This document shows positions 12,268 through 25,000 of a stretch of DNA of 64,000 bases, in pieces; positions within the stretch are counted from its first letter, which is position 1, and each line of letters begins with the position of its first letter. The DNA is taken from contig CATOCA020000001.1 of the NCBI GenBank assembly GCA_951406725.2, positions 6,820,001 to 6,884,000 of the forward strand. Reading direction: 5' to 3'. The position numbers and the translations under genes were made by a program. This DNA is from Octopus vulgaris (taxonomy: Eukaryota). The notes under the pieces were generated by a model, which was not told the origin of the DNA, did no database searches, and worked only from the letters and a program-made list of their open reading frames with translations.

Positions 12268-13870
12268 CTATGCATATTTCCTGTTTAGTATTGGGGAAGT
12301 TTCATTTATAAGGACGTATTCCAGTATTTGTCTGAGTGTTGGGTCTTTTGGGTGCTTGGAAAAGATGCGGATGTCAAGTTGACTCAAGTTGCCTCCCTGG
12401 TGGTCTTTGGCATGTTGGTAGAGTATGGAGGACTGTTTTCTGTCGTCATATTGTCTCAGATGTTCATTTAGTCGTTCCACAATGCTCCTAGACGTCTCCC
12501 CTATGTACATCATGTTCATGTCTTTACAAGCACCTTCTATGCATCTTCTGCTGTAAACTACATTTCGAGTTCTACAGGTAATGCCAGAGCTAAACCTACA
12601 TACGAGAGGCGTTCAATAAGTAATGCCCCTGACCCACTTCCCTTAGCAGTAGAGCAACGAAACTTGGCACAGTTATTAGTCTTTTCCTACATAGGAACCA
12701 CCCAGACTTACGCATTTCTCCCATCGTTTGATGCAGCTCTGAAGACCGTTTTTGTAGAAGACCCCAGCTTGGTCCTCCAACCACGACGTGACTTTAGAAA
12801 TCAAGGCTGCATCATCTGGGAAACGCTTTCCTTTCAAAAACAACTTCATGGCTGGGAAGAGGTGAAAATCAGAGAGTGCAAGGTCAGGAAAGTAGGGGGG
12901 ATGGGGGATGAGTTCATAGCCATACACCTGTGCTTCTGATCTGGCGACAAGCGAGTTGTGGACCGGAGCGTTGTCCTGCAGGAGGAGGATGCCTTTGCTG
13001 ATCTTGCCCCGCCTCTTGATTTTGATAACTTCTCTTAATTTCCTCAAAAGTGAAGCATAATAGACTCCTGTAATTGTGGCACCCTTTGCCAGGAAATCTG
13101 TCTTCACTACTCCGTCCTGGTCCCAGAAGACTGTAAGCATGACCTTGCCAGCGGAGGGCTGCACCCTTGCCTTCTTTGGAGGAGGTGAGTCACGTGTTCT
13201 CCCTGTTTGTCACAAGTTCTTTGTATCTTATTCCATTCTTTGTTTCTATATCTAGGGCAGGTACCACTGATATCATTACGTATAACATTACCTAATTTCC
13301 TACTAGCTGCCTCCACCCCTTGTATACTCGAACCCTACCTTTCTGATCATACCCAGAGAATTGCATGCAGTGCATGAAGTTCTGTATATGTTTTATTCAT
13401 TTTTTAGGGTTCGCATAGTGGGGACACATTGTTAATTATTCTAACTAAGCCTGCAATCAGTATGTTAATTTTCATCGTGTGTGACAAAGCTGAGTTCTTG
13501 TGAACAACATATTTTGAAGTTATGGGTTTCATGTAATAGGAGTGGAAGAGCTGCACTTATTGTTCAGTCTCTAACCAAAGTTCAGTATCAAGTACAGGGA
13601 GTCTATTGTTGGAGTGCTTGGTGGGGGAATCTATAGTTTTCTTGATACTTTGGTGAATGGAGTTAGCTATTTGCTGGATGCTCTCCATTATGTTCTTCTC
13701 AGTTTCTACATTACCGTCACTAGAGTTGGTCCTAACTATGATATTAATGTCATCTTCATATCTACTGTAGAGTAGAAGAGTTAAGGACTGTTCTGCTAAA
13801 CTTTGTTTAAGTTTTCTGTCCCACCAGGTCATGAAGAGGCCAGCCACATCTCCAGCTACACCTACATGTG
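12268..13870 (-). mobile_element. Penelope-like retroelement fragment (RT C-terminus + GIY-YIG endonuclease), interrupted by a mariner
   Basis: RT reads YSRYEDDINII...LPVLDTELW; GIY-YIG reads MYIGETSRSIVERLNEH...H...H. Confidence 0.85.
12603..13200 (-). mobile_element. Mariner transposon 3' half nested in the Penelope-like element
   Basis: ORF 12676-13164 reads SAGKVMLTVFWD...LLQDNAPVH...HPPYFPDLALSDFHLF. TIR is TA-cgagaggcgttcaataagtaatgcc at 12601. Confidence 0.92.
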
Positions 13871-14230
13871 GATACATACAGATGGTTAGGTACATAGATT
13901 ATAAGAACAGACAAGCACACATATGCAAATGGAGACTGAAACACATGACCATTTTTACAGACCAAGAATCAACTTATCATCTATTGAAAGAACTGACCAA
14001 CTGTATAGATATAAACACAATTTTTTTCTTCTTTCTTTCTTCCTTCCTTTCCTTCTCTTTTCCATTGACACTAAGAAAAAACACATTTTTTCACTTTGAA
14101 AACATTTTTCTTTCAGAAAACCTGGTAAGCTGGCTGAACCAAAGTAAGCATCTGTCCCAGCCACCTACTTAAAAAATATATATTCTTTTGCTTTGTCTTT
14201 TCTTCAAAAGCTTCCTTTCAGATACATGAG

Positions 14231-14232
<2 letters not shown>

Positions 14233-14270
<38 letters not shown>

Positions 14271-14278
14271 TACAAACA

Positions 14279-14318
<40 letters not shown>

Positions 14319-14357
14319 TACAAACAGACACACACACACACACAAACACACACACTC
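14233..14357. repeat. (CA)n microsatellite with internal duplication
   Basis: Directly visible. Confidence 0.95.
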
Positions 14358-14617
14358 TCACTTTTTCTCCCACTGTCTCCCCATTTCTCTCCCTCTTTTC
14401 CTACCCTATACACTCCACATTACTCTTCTCCCCCTCTCTTTACTTATTCACTAATACTGTAAAAAGAGATAAATCCCTTCACAAAATGTAAATCTGAAAA
14501 ATCTATTAGAGTAGATGAAAGTGCTGATATGTGATTTGTAAAAACATTCGACACTTTAATAAATATTTGTATATGTTCAACCATCTAGATCACTGAACAC
14601 CTTATTTATTTATATAC

Positions 14618-14682
<65 letters not shown>

Positions 14683-14690
14683 TAATAATG

Positions 14691-15926
14691 CCAAGAAAAG
14701 AGGGAGGCCGTGGTCTTTTGCAACTGGCAATAACAATGAAGATTGCTACAATTGGCCAAGACACCTACCTGAAAAACTCTGAGGACTGGATGTTAAAACT
14801 TGTCTCAAAACATGAAAACAAGAAAGCATCATACTCAGTCACAAAACAGGCAAAGGAATATCTAAGTGAATTCCGAATACAGCCAATTTCGGAATTAGAG
14901 ATAGACATACAAGAAACAAGCACAGAAAAAGCTAGGCGCATGAAAACCCGTGCCAAAACTGCGGCCTCAGATATTCTGAATAATAAATAGCAAGAAAAAC
15001 CTCTCTATGGCAAATACCCAAAGAGAGCGAATAATGCAGATATGGCTAATGGCCTCTGGCTTAAAATCTGAAACAGAAGGGTTTATCATAGCAGCTCAAG
15101 ATCAATGCCTACCAACAAGAAACTACCAGGCCAACATATTAAAAAATGGCAGTAGCCCAACAAGTCGTGCATGGCGACAACAAAATGAAACCATTGATCA
15201 TGTTGTCTTCAAATGCAGTCTTCTAGCGCCTACAGAGTACCTCAATAGGCATGGTAGAGCTGCACAATATATTCACTGGGTAATTTGCAAAAACCTGGAT
15301 TTGCCCCATGAAAAAAACTGGTGGGAACACAATCCACCTCCATTGCTTGAAAATGACCACATCTCACTCCTCTGGAACTTCACCATTCAAACTGACAGAA
15401 AGATAGATGCAAATAGGCCAGACATCATATTGAAAGACTTCAGACAAAGAACATGCCTCCTCATTGATATGACTGTCCCAATCGATATAAACGTATCTGT
15501 CAAGACCTACCAAAAACTGAGCAAATATAAAGATCTTGAAATAGAAATCAGCAAAATGTGGAAGCTGAAGACTAAAACAATATCTGTTGTCATAGGTGCC
15601 CTGGGAATGATAGCGAAAGGGGCTGACTGCTACCTAACTCAGATACCAGGAAACCACAAAAGGGCAGAAATTCAAAAGATAGTGCTCATGGGAACTGATC
15701 ATATCCTACGCAAAATACTCTCTATGTAATCCCAAGGTTTAAAACAAACTTTTTTTTTTTTTAAATTTAGGTATTAGACATTCACTAGTACAACACCAAA
15801 AAAAACCCAAATATATGGCACACTAGGCATAACAACAACGTGAACTTCCAACCTGTTGTCTCTTGAGGTCTCTAGGTGAGACTTGGAGCCAACTTGTACA
15901 GACATAAAGCAAAAGTCAAACATAGA
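14691..15926 (+). mobile_element. 5'-truncated R4/Dong-clade non-LTR retrotransposon (restriction-like endonuclease) inserted in (TAA)n
   Basis: PRKEGGRGL, LKSETEGFIIAAQDQ, ETIDHV..C, RH...H, NRPDII...CLLIDMTVP...K..KY.DL (RLE PD..D motif). Flanked on both sides by (TAA)n, the known target of Dong elements. Confidence 0.9.
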
Positions 15927-15937
15927 ATAATAATAAC

Positions 15938-15994
<57 letters not shown>

Positions 15995-16092
15995 TAGAAA
16001 ATGGAAATGAATTGGATATAAATGAATTTATTAATTAATCGATATCATCATCTATAATTGTTTCATTTCATGAAGTCAAAATTACAAGACAT

Positions 16093-16300
16093 ATACAAAT
16101 ATAAATAAATTTTTCATTTTAAATACCTTTGGTGAAAATCTTCAGATTGCATAAAAGGATAATATAAGGACTACATAGTGATTTGAAGGAATATCCAATT
16201 TATACACAGAATATATATTTATGTTTACTATGTGTAAGTGTGTGTGCAAGCATTGTTAAAAATATTCATTCATTTTTTAAATTCACTATTACTAATAACA
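16093..16300. repeat. Outer left arm of large inverted repeat (partner 29290-29498)
   Basis: atataaataaatttttcattttaaatacctttggtgaaaat...ttactaataa is the reverse complement of 29290-29498, with scattered mismatches. Confidence 0.85.
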
Positions 16301-16304
16301 ATAT

Positions 16305-18060
16305 CATTGGGCAAAAAGAAAGAAAATTGTCATGCTATTTAAACTTTTTCAGATGATTGAGGGTAATTTTAAGGTACTGAATCTGAATCTGACATCAGTT
16401 TTCAGACAGCAAGTGTAACTTTTTTGGTTATTCACAGCATCAGATTCTCCAACCAATTGATAATATTGACAAAGTAGTAGGCTATTTGCTTTCAATTTTC
16501 ATTCATATACTCATCACGGAAACAAAAACAAGTGCTGATAGAGGTTAAATGTAGGCTACCTGTTAAATTGTCACACAAGATGAGAATTTATTTTACTTTG
16601 TTATTGCTGTAATTATAGTAAAGTTCTCCTCACAGAAGGCTATTGATATTAGGTTATAGCAAGCCACTCAGACACCCTTTCCTTGATAATTGCTAGGGCT
16701 GTTAAAACAAAGTACATCAAATAAGAGAGCCAGGTTACATGAAAAGCTGTTTAGTAGAAAGTTTAGTTATTTATTAAAGTGATCAATGCTTGAAATTTAG
16801 AGATGGAAAAAATTGTTTCATGATAGCCATAGCTTCAGTACATTCTATAATAATTTCAATGATTTTTTTGAGAAATATATTTTGATGTTTTACAGTAATA
16901 TTTACATTTGATTAATTTTATATTTTAGTTTACTGATAGTCTTCATTGAGTGTTGATTTAGGTTATTTCTGTATATTATGATGAGGAGACAAGTTTGTGC
17001 TAATCACCTGGACAGCTTTTGTTATGTGTGTGGAAAATTTACATCAAAAGATCAGAGAAATAAGCTTACAACGAAATTTTAAAATGCTTACAAGCTTTAC
17101 TTTGGGTCCAAAGTTGGAGACCAAGATAAACTGTGGGCACCTCCTCTTTGTTGCAAAAGCTGCAACATAGCTCTAACCCAATGGTTGAAAGATAAACGGA
17201 AAAGTATGCGCAAACCAACAAACCACTATACCAATTGCTATTTCTACTTAACTAATATCACAGTTTTCTCTAAGAAGAACAAATCGAAGATTTGTTTATC
17301 CAGATTGCTCTTCAGCTTTAATACCAGTTTCTCATGCTGCTGAAAATATTCCAATTCCAGAACCTCCTTCATCGTTTGAGAAAAATAGTTTAAATGAAGA
17401 AAATACTGCATCTACTTCAATTGAAGGCGTGTCAAGTGATACTGCAGATCACTGTGATGAACCAGGATCTTCGAAAAAAGTTCCTTATTTATTGAGTCAA
17501 CTTGAGTTAAATGATTTAGTTCGAGACTTGGGTTTAACAAAAGAAAAGTCAGAACTACTGGGCTCCAGGTTGAAACAATGGAATCTTTTACACCATGTTA
17601 TAAAATATTTGTACTTTCAAAACGGCATACAGGATTGCATTAATTCATTGCATGTAGGATTAAAGGAGATGTATGAATCAATGGAAACAATTTTGCACTT
17701 GATTAAATATTCTAAACACAAGTGGAAGAAATGCAGGGACTTGAAAGTTATTGGTTTGCTTCTTGGGTTGCAAATGGGGTATGTAAAGCATTAGGGGCTT
17801 TTTGTGCCTTTAGAACAGCAGAGATGACAAGCATCACTATAATCAAAAAGAGGGGCCAAAGTGAAGTGAATTCACTCCAGGGAGATACATTAAATATATC
17901 CCTTTAGTTGACCTTCAGAAAAATTTTCCTTCATCCCTTACACATTAAATTTGGCTTGTTTAAGAATTTTGTTACGGCCATGAATGTAGACAGTGAAGGA
18001 TTCAAATATCTCAGTGAAAAATTTGTTTCTAGCATGAGTGAAGCTAAAATCAAAGCTGGT
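16305..18060 (+). mobile_element. Degenerate DNA transposon, probably CMC/Chapaev3-like; 3' truncated
   Basis: Terminus cattgggcaaaaag. Broken transposase reads CANHLDSFCYVCG...YFGSKVGDQDKLWAP..C..C...NHYTNCYF, QLELNDLVRDLGLTKEKSELLGSRLKQWNLL, DLKVIGLLLGLQMGY and PLHIKFGLFKNFV. Superfamily assigned from memory of these motifs. Confidence 0.72.
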
Positions 18061-19030
18061 GGACAAGATATCACAAGAACCGCTGGATGGATTCAGATGA
18101 AACTTTCAGGGATGTTTGGCCTCATGACTGGCATAAACTGATTAGATTTTGGGATCAATCTGGTACTGGACAAGGATTCTAGATTATTTGTTATATTTAC
18201 TTAAGTATTATGATCTTATGTTGAATTTTAAGTCTTTCTCTGATTATCTCCCTTGAAAGCACACTCATGGTTTCCACATAAGTTATGACAGTGTTGTTGC
18301 TTCCAGAGTTTTATTTTGTTTCTCTGTTATTAATTTTACACGCATCTCTATCTTAGTAGAAACTGATGGACAAAGAAATCAAACAACATAAACAAATGGC
18401 AGCAAAACTGCTCAGAAATTAAATAACACTAAAATATTTAGTAACAATAATAAATTTAATTTATCCTTGATAATTTTTAGTTTTACCAATTTTGAATATA
18501 TAGCTCCTGTTCAAAACCTCTTACCTACTTGGCAATTGCATTTCTAGCTCCGCCTTGAAGGAAGCTTTACTTCTTGAACTCACATTTTTGTGTGCAACGA
18601 TGTTGTTAAACCTCCGTTAACAGCACCAAATGCAGGTCCTTTCCATTTTTTTTCACACATGGATAAATTTTTCACTATAGACCTTAATGGTCATTAAGAC
18701 ACTATATTAATGGATAGACTAAAAAAGGCTTTCCTAGAGAAAACTGTTCCTGTTCCCAATGCAGACGACACGAATGCAGCATTACAAATATGGCCCCACA
18801 CACCCACCTTCACATTCCATGACTACCACTGGGATTGATCAGGTAGTGGATAAGGATTCTGGATTAATTTTCCGTGTTTTTTACTTAATTTTTGAGAGAA
18901 GTCAGGTTTATTTTTAGTATTCTCGTTTGTGAGAGCAGTTGAGTTTATTTCAGATATTCTCATTTTAAAAATCCTCTCCAGCTAATCATTGAGAGGACGT
19001 TAGTGTTGCCTTGGTGGAGATTTGTGCTCT
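18061..19030 (+). mobile_element. Possible non-autonomous Helentron/DINE-like element
   Basis: Begins caagatatcacaagaaccgctggatggattcagatgaaacttt, has an internal repeat (gataaggattct at about 18170 and 18850), and ends ccttggtggagatttgtgctct. Confidence 0.4.
18578..18739 (+). mobile_element. Gypsy/Ty3 integrase C-terminal fragment
   Basis: THIFVCNDVVKPPLTAPNAGPF...DKFFTIDLNGH*DTILMDRLKKAF resembles the GPF/DRLKPA C-terminus of Gypsy Pol. Confidence 0.75.
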
Positions 19031-19125
19031 TGTTTAATATTCATATTTATATTTAAATTTAACAATAATGATAATAGTCAATTAAATTATATAAGAGTAA
19101 AAGTAGATGATTAAAATATATAATA

Positions 19126-19682
19126 TCTTAATATAAAAAAATACCCTGTCTGTGTGTGTCCTCAATGCATGCTCAAAGTTCTGAATCAATTTGTACCATA
19201 CTTGGGGTACATGAATAATTTGACCTTGGAAAGAATAATGCAATCTTGATTTATTTTTTGTTTTTTAAAATAAATAATATTGCTCTATAGAAAAGATTCA
19301 CTTCTTCAAATCGTTTCCTCAACTTCCTGTGCTTGAACTTCCAGTCTTTGATGTCCTAACCAGATATCTACACACACATGTATGTATACATCATTACAGT
19401 TGTGATGATTTCTGACAAAAAGAATTTCTAAAGGTACTTTCATGTCAGAAAAATAATTTCATACGGAGACAGACACCATTTTTTCAGTTAATTAAATGAG
19501 GTACTATATACTGTACATTAATTTTCCAAAACATATTTTGGCCATTTTGGGAACAAGTGGCTTTATTAAGACTTGATATTTCACATTTAAATCCCATGTG
19601 ATTATTCTTGATGCAAATCAACTTATTAACACTTTCACTTAATTGTATTGTCAATGTCAACATAGTAACTAAGTAAACAGCT

Positions 19683-19728
<46 letters not shown>

Positions 19729-19861
19729 ATGCATACATCATTACAGTTGTGACGATTTCAGATAAAAAACAAATTCTAAATTCACTTACATTTTATATTT
19801 TCTTCTCTGGCTTTCTATTTGTGTAAGATATATACTTATGTGAGTGTGTGTGTGAGTGTGT

Positions 19862-19913
<52 letters not shown>

Positions 19914-21392
19914 ATATGCAAAAAATCTACTTTTAGACTTTTTAATTCATCCACTCCTTAACTTTTCAATTTTTTTCTTGAAATTTTACAACTAGGGTTA
20001 AGGGTTATATACAGGTGCACAAACGCACAAAACGGAGAAACAGAAACAAATATGGATAACTTGTTCTGAAACATCCCCCAGTGGGGAATAGTTCACAAAA
20101 ATAATCTCCAATTGTTTTCCTCCCAAATCCTATATGGATGGAATCTACATACTTCAAGGTATATTTGTATTAAAAAATATCCATTTTCTGAAAGTTAAGA
20201 CAAATTCAAGTGGATTCCGGTGAATTTTCCGAAAGTCCTCCTCCAACCCCTGCTAAAATACTTTTCCCCCAAACCTTGTATGTTGGGAATCTACATGATA
20301 TAACACATATTCATTAAAAAATTTCATTAAAAACTATCCATTTTTCTGAAAGTTATCATCATCCAAAGTTGGTGGGGAGGGGCAGAAAGCCTGTGGTGAG
20401 ATGGTACCAACTGTCAATGATCTCATAATGCATGTGCTCCCAAACACTGCACAAAACTTTAGCAACAGTCAATGGCTCTGTGAGCAAGCCATCTTAGTAC
20501 CATGTAATGATGCTATTAACAAAATCGACTGGGATCTCTTGTAGCTGTTGCCTGGACAATAACAGTCTTTCAAACTAAGTTCTTGAATGCTCTACAGCCA
20601 TCTGAGATGCTACCTCATCACTTAACACTTAAAAAGGAGGCCCCAATCATGCTGCTCAGGAATCTGGAATCACCTCGACTGTGCAATGGCACCTGACTGG
20701 TGGTGAAAGTGATGTGATTCCATGTCCCGGAAGCAATAATTATGACTAGGAACTATAAGGGTGAGGATGTCTTCATTCCACAGATCCTGTTAATCCCACA
20801 TGACATCCCCTTTGAATGGTTCCAGCTCCCAGTGAAACTAAGTTTCACTATGTTAATAAATAAGGACAGCCTCTCTTGTTGAACTTCACCTTGCTTCTCG
20901 CATGGGCAATTATATGTAGGATGTTCGCAGGTTGGAAGTCCCCAAAATCTTTTCATTTATACACCAATTACAGGACACACTCTAAACATCATTTAGAAGC
21001 TCTAGATAATTAAACTGTGACTGATTGCTGGATTTGTTTCAATAAATTTGTTTATACTCACAACATCACATAGAATTTTTATTAAATGTACTTATTAACA
21101 GGAGGAGAGTGCCTGCAGACTGGTTCTTCTCACATTTATGCACTTTCAGGTTCTATGCATTTCAAATAAGTACTAATAATTGAAGGTTATTGCAAAGACA
21201 AAGAACTACCTGGTCTTTAACAGTTCTAACAGTGAAATGGATAAAACATGTTATTGACATTAATAGTTTGTACCTCAGCTAATTACTGTTGAGACCTGCA
21301 TAATCCATGTTTCATTTTAGTTAGAGATCTAAAAGGTATTTTTAAATTTCATTATTTCCAATAACCTGGGCAACAGTAGGTATTTCAGCTGG
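19126..21392 (+). mobile_element. Non-autonomous Helitron with PIF1-helicase C-terminal remnant
   Basis: 5' end A|TCTTAATATAAAAAA; 3' end a degenerate hairpin followed by CTGG|T. Region 20470-20960 encodes PIMLLRNLESPRLCNGT...FSHGQLYVGCS. The flanks rejoin to match the inverted-repeat partner at 28551-28600. Confidence 0.85.
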
Positions 21393-21534
21393 TAATAAAA
21401 TTAAATAAGGCAGCAGAAATAATGAATATAGAATAAATAAGATAAGAATAAAAATTAGAAATAAAGGGAAAGTTTACGTGGTAATTCATGCACAAGTATA
21501 CATCTGTGTGTGTATATGCATACATGGATTACAT

Positions 21535-21822
21535 TGAGGAGCACTCCATTGGTTATGATGACAAAGGTCCGAGCTGATATGATCAACAGGACAGCATGCT
21601 CATGAAATTAATGTGCAAGTGGCTGAGCACTCCACAGACATGTGTACTCTTAATGTAGTTCTCAGGGAGATTCAGCATGACATACAGGTGTTACTCATTT
21701 TTGCCAGCTGAGTGAACTGGAGCAACGTGAAACAATGCGTGAAACAATGCGTCACCAGGAATTGAACTTATGATCTTATGATCATGAGCTGAATGCCCTA
21801 ACCACTAAGCCATGTGCCTTTA
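21535..21822 (-). mobile_element. tRNA-derived SINE (CpG-decayed copy of 52880-53198)
   Basis: The head on the minus strand has an A box (tggcttagtgg) and a B box (gttcaattcc). The body matches 52880-53198. Confidence 0.85.
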
Positions 21823-22056
21823 CTATGCATAGATGGATTATATTATGTGTATATGTTTACATAGATAACATTGTTGGTATTTATAAAACATAAATAAAAT
21901 AAAATAAGGAAAATAAGTAAGCAGAAATAAGGAGTAAAGAATAAATAAAAATATAAAGGTGAAATAAATTTGCTTATGTGGTTATTTTTATTCATAATTA
22001 ATTAATTCATTCATTATTTCTGCCTACTTATTTATGTTATTTTATTATATATTTTA

Positions 22057-25000
22057 CTAGCAGTATAGCCCGGTGTTGCCCGGAATTAAGTTAGGATTAT
22101 AAAGTGATCAAGCGCTTTATTTCAAACCAAAATAAGTGACACCAACATCAAATTTGAGTGAAATCCATTGGAATTGGTATACTTTTGGCTGAAAATGGGT
22201 TGCAGGCAATTTGATTATGAAATCCCATAAGGAATTGGTTTATCGATTATTTCTATTCAGCGATTGTTTATTTTTTTTTTGAGAACTTACATCATTCAAA
22301 GATTCCATGTGTCCTAAGTAATGCTGGCATCAAGTTTGGGGAAAATATGTCAAAATATGTGAAAGTTATGGTTGAAAATGGGGTGTAGCCAATTTTAGTA
22401 GGAAATCCTATAAGGAATTGGTTCATCAATTTTTTATCCTGATTGAATGGAAAACCCCAAATAGATGCCTGCCACCAATAATGTTTGGCCTTGGGAGTTG
22501 TTGATGGACATGGTGAAGCATGATCTCACTGGGAACTGTGATCTGTGGAGGTTAAATGGCATGTCTGACCCTGAGGGATAAAGCTGCATCCTTGAAATTA
22601 AAATATTTTCACCCCTCCCGCATCCTGTAACAATGATGGCCTCAGTCAAGTGGGGCGTCAGGGACTTGATTACTAAGCAGGTCCTGTTGCGCTGTTTAGG
22701 CGGAAGCAAGTTTCTAATTAGCATAATTGGACATCCAACCCTTAGCCTAAGAATGTGAGTGGAAGCCATGATGGCTCCAATGAGGTGAGAAACTCGATAG
22801 GGTAATTGACAATGTCTTGGGGGTCAGAGATCTGGTCAATTGATTTGTAGATGCACTCCTCACCTGGAATTCGGCTTATGAGCTGGTCCTTGATAGCCCT
22901 GACAGCTACGTTTTTGGGGGCCAGGATGGTTCTTTCACTGAGCCAATTGATGTCTGCATAATTACTTTCCAGATTGGGGAACACTGTTTCCGAAAGATCA
23001 GAAGGGTTGTCCACAGTGTTGCACAGTTCAGAGATGGATATGTTACCCCTATAATTCCTTGGGAACTTGCCTTCTCCAAGGGTTAAAATGACTTCAGCAA
23101 ATGCTGCAGACGTGCTATCACCAAGCAAGTGTGCACACATGTTTGTGCTTAGGCTTAAGGTCTTAACCTGGAGCCACAACGTCGATGACTTAAGGCATGC
23201 ACGCACTTCATCAGCCTGGCTCCCTTTAGGGATGACAGGAAGTGTTTGCCAGAAATCTCCTGAAAGCAATAGAGTTACACCACTCATAGAAGCTGTAGAA
23301 TCCCTAATACCTTTCAGTGACCGGTCCAGTGCCTCAAGGGCACCCTTACTTGTCATTGTGCATTCATCCCATACAATGAGATGGCACTAAGAACTTCAGC
23401 TTCCTCTGAAATTTTGCCAATCTTACAAGTAGGAACCTCGGCCCTCACCAAATATAAAGGCAGCCTGAATGCCGAGAGCACCGTCCTACCTCCCGGCAAT
23501 AACGTAGCAGCGATTCCCGAGGAAGCAACTGCTAGTGCAATTTGTTTCTTGCAATGAATATTATCAAGTATTAATTGTGTTACAAAGGATTTGCTGGTAC
23601 CTCTAGCAGCACTGAGGAAAAAAATGCTGCCCACCTGTTTTTCAATGGCACTGACGACAGTTTCGTACATAGCCTCTGATTAGGCAGCAATTTCGGTCCA
23701 TTTACTCTCAGGTACTCTGCAAGGCCATCAGCGTCATACAACAAGTCCAGATGTAACTTTGGTGGGAGTGTGTTAACGCCCTGTCGCAATGAGGATGGCA
23801 AACCGAATGTGTTCAACGCTGCCCCACCCATTCTGAGCAGGGCATCCTTGATTTCAATCAGCGCATTATTGTAGATCAGGTCATTGTATCCAATGTCAGC
23901 ATTAGGGCACTGTTGCTTTGCCAGTCATCATTTGCCTTGACCACCAAGAAAGCAAAATTACATACAGAGAATTTCATAAACAGAAATGAATGGAAAAAGG
24001 TTTTGAATTAAATTTTTAGATTAACACTTGCACAATTTTCACTAAGTAAAAAAAATTGGATTTTTGCTTGGAATCAACTACCATGGCCACCTAATATGCT
24101 ACAAAACCCTTTTTGTGGTCCAAAAAACAGGGTGTGGTGTGGTGGAAGCTTCTGAAATTTCACACCCCTTACCCATTGATCTTTTCACCATCTATTTTTC
24201 AATGTACGTGGAAAAACACGGAGATTAAGAATATGGAAAACATTTTTTTTTTTACTCTCAAATTTACCATGAAACACTCCAGGCAAATTTTTAGATAAAG
24301 CTCACACAATTTTCACTAAGAAAAAAAATCGGATTTTTTGCATGGAATCAACTACCCTGGCCTCCTAATATGCTACAAATACCCATTTATATTGCATAAT
24401 TCATTGAATAATTGATACCTAACCCTTTGTTTCCGTCATCATCATCATCACCGTCATCATCATCATCATTGTTCAACGTCCGTTTTCCATGTTAGCATGG
24501 GTTGGACGGTTCGACTGGGGTCTGAGAAACCAGGCGGCTGCACCAGGCTCCAGTCTGATCTGGCAGTGTTTCTACAGCTAGATGCCCTTCCTAACACCAA
24601 CAACTCCGTGAATGTAGTGGGTGCTTTTTATGTGCCACCGGCACAGGCACCAGGCGAGGCTGGCAATGGCCACGATCAGCTGGTGCTTTTTATGTGCCAC
24701 CGGCACGGAAGCCAGTCAAGGCGGCGCTGGCATCGGCCACGTTCGGATGGTGCTTTTTACGTGACACCAGCACAGGTATCACAACTACAATTTCCATTTG
24801 ATTTTTATTTCATATTGATGTACTTGACTCAATAGGTCTCGTCAAGCACAGTAGGCCACCCTACAAGATAAGCACAACAGGCCATCCTGTGATCCAAGGT
24901 ACTTTGGATGGGCTGGGGCTGCTACGTGAAGCTCGTGCAGGAGACAGCCATGAACTCACATTATTTGTCGGGTTTTCACAGTCACAGCATACCTCCAGAG

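Noticed and set aside
11624-12382. Overlapping Cys/Val/His-rich ORFs
   Set aside because: Degenerate (TG)n/(TATG)n low-complexity sequence. The same applies to 14169-14462 and 52698-52941.
12676-13164. SETMAR-like domesticated transposase gene
   Set aside because: N-terminally truncated, retains TIR and TA, nested in another element, and has no SET domain.
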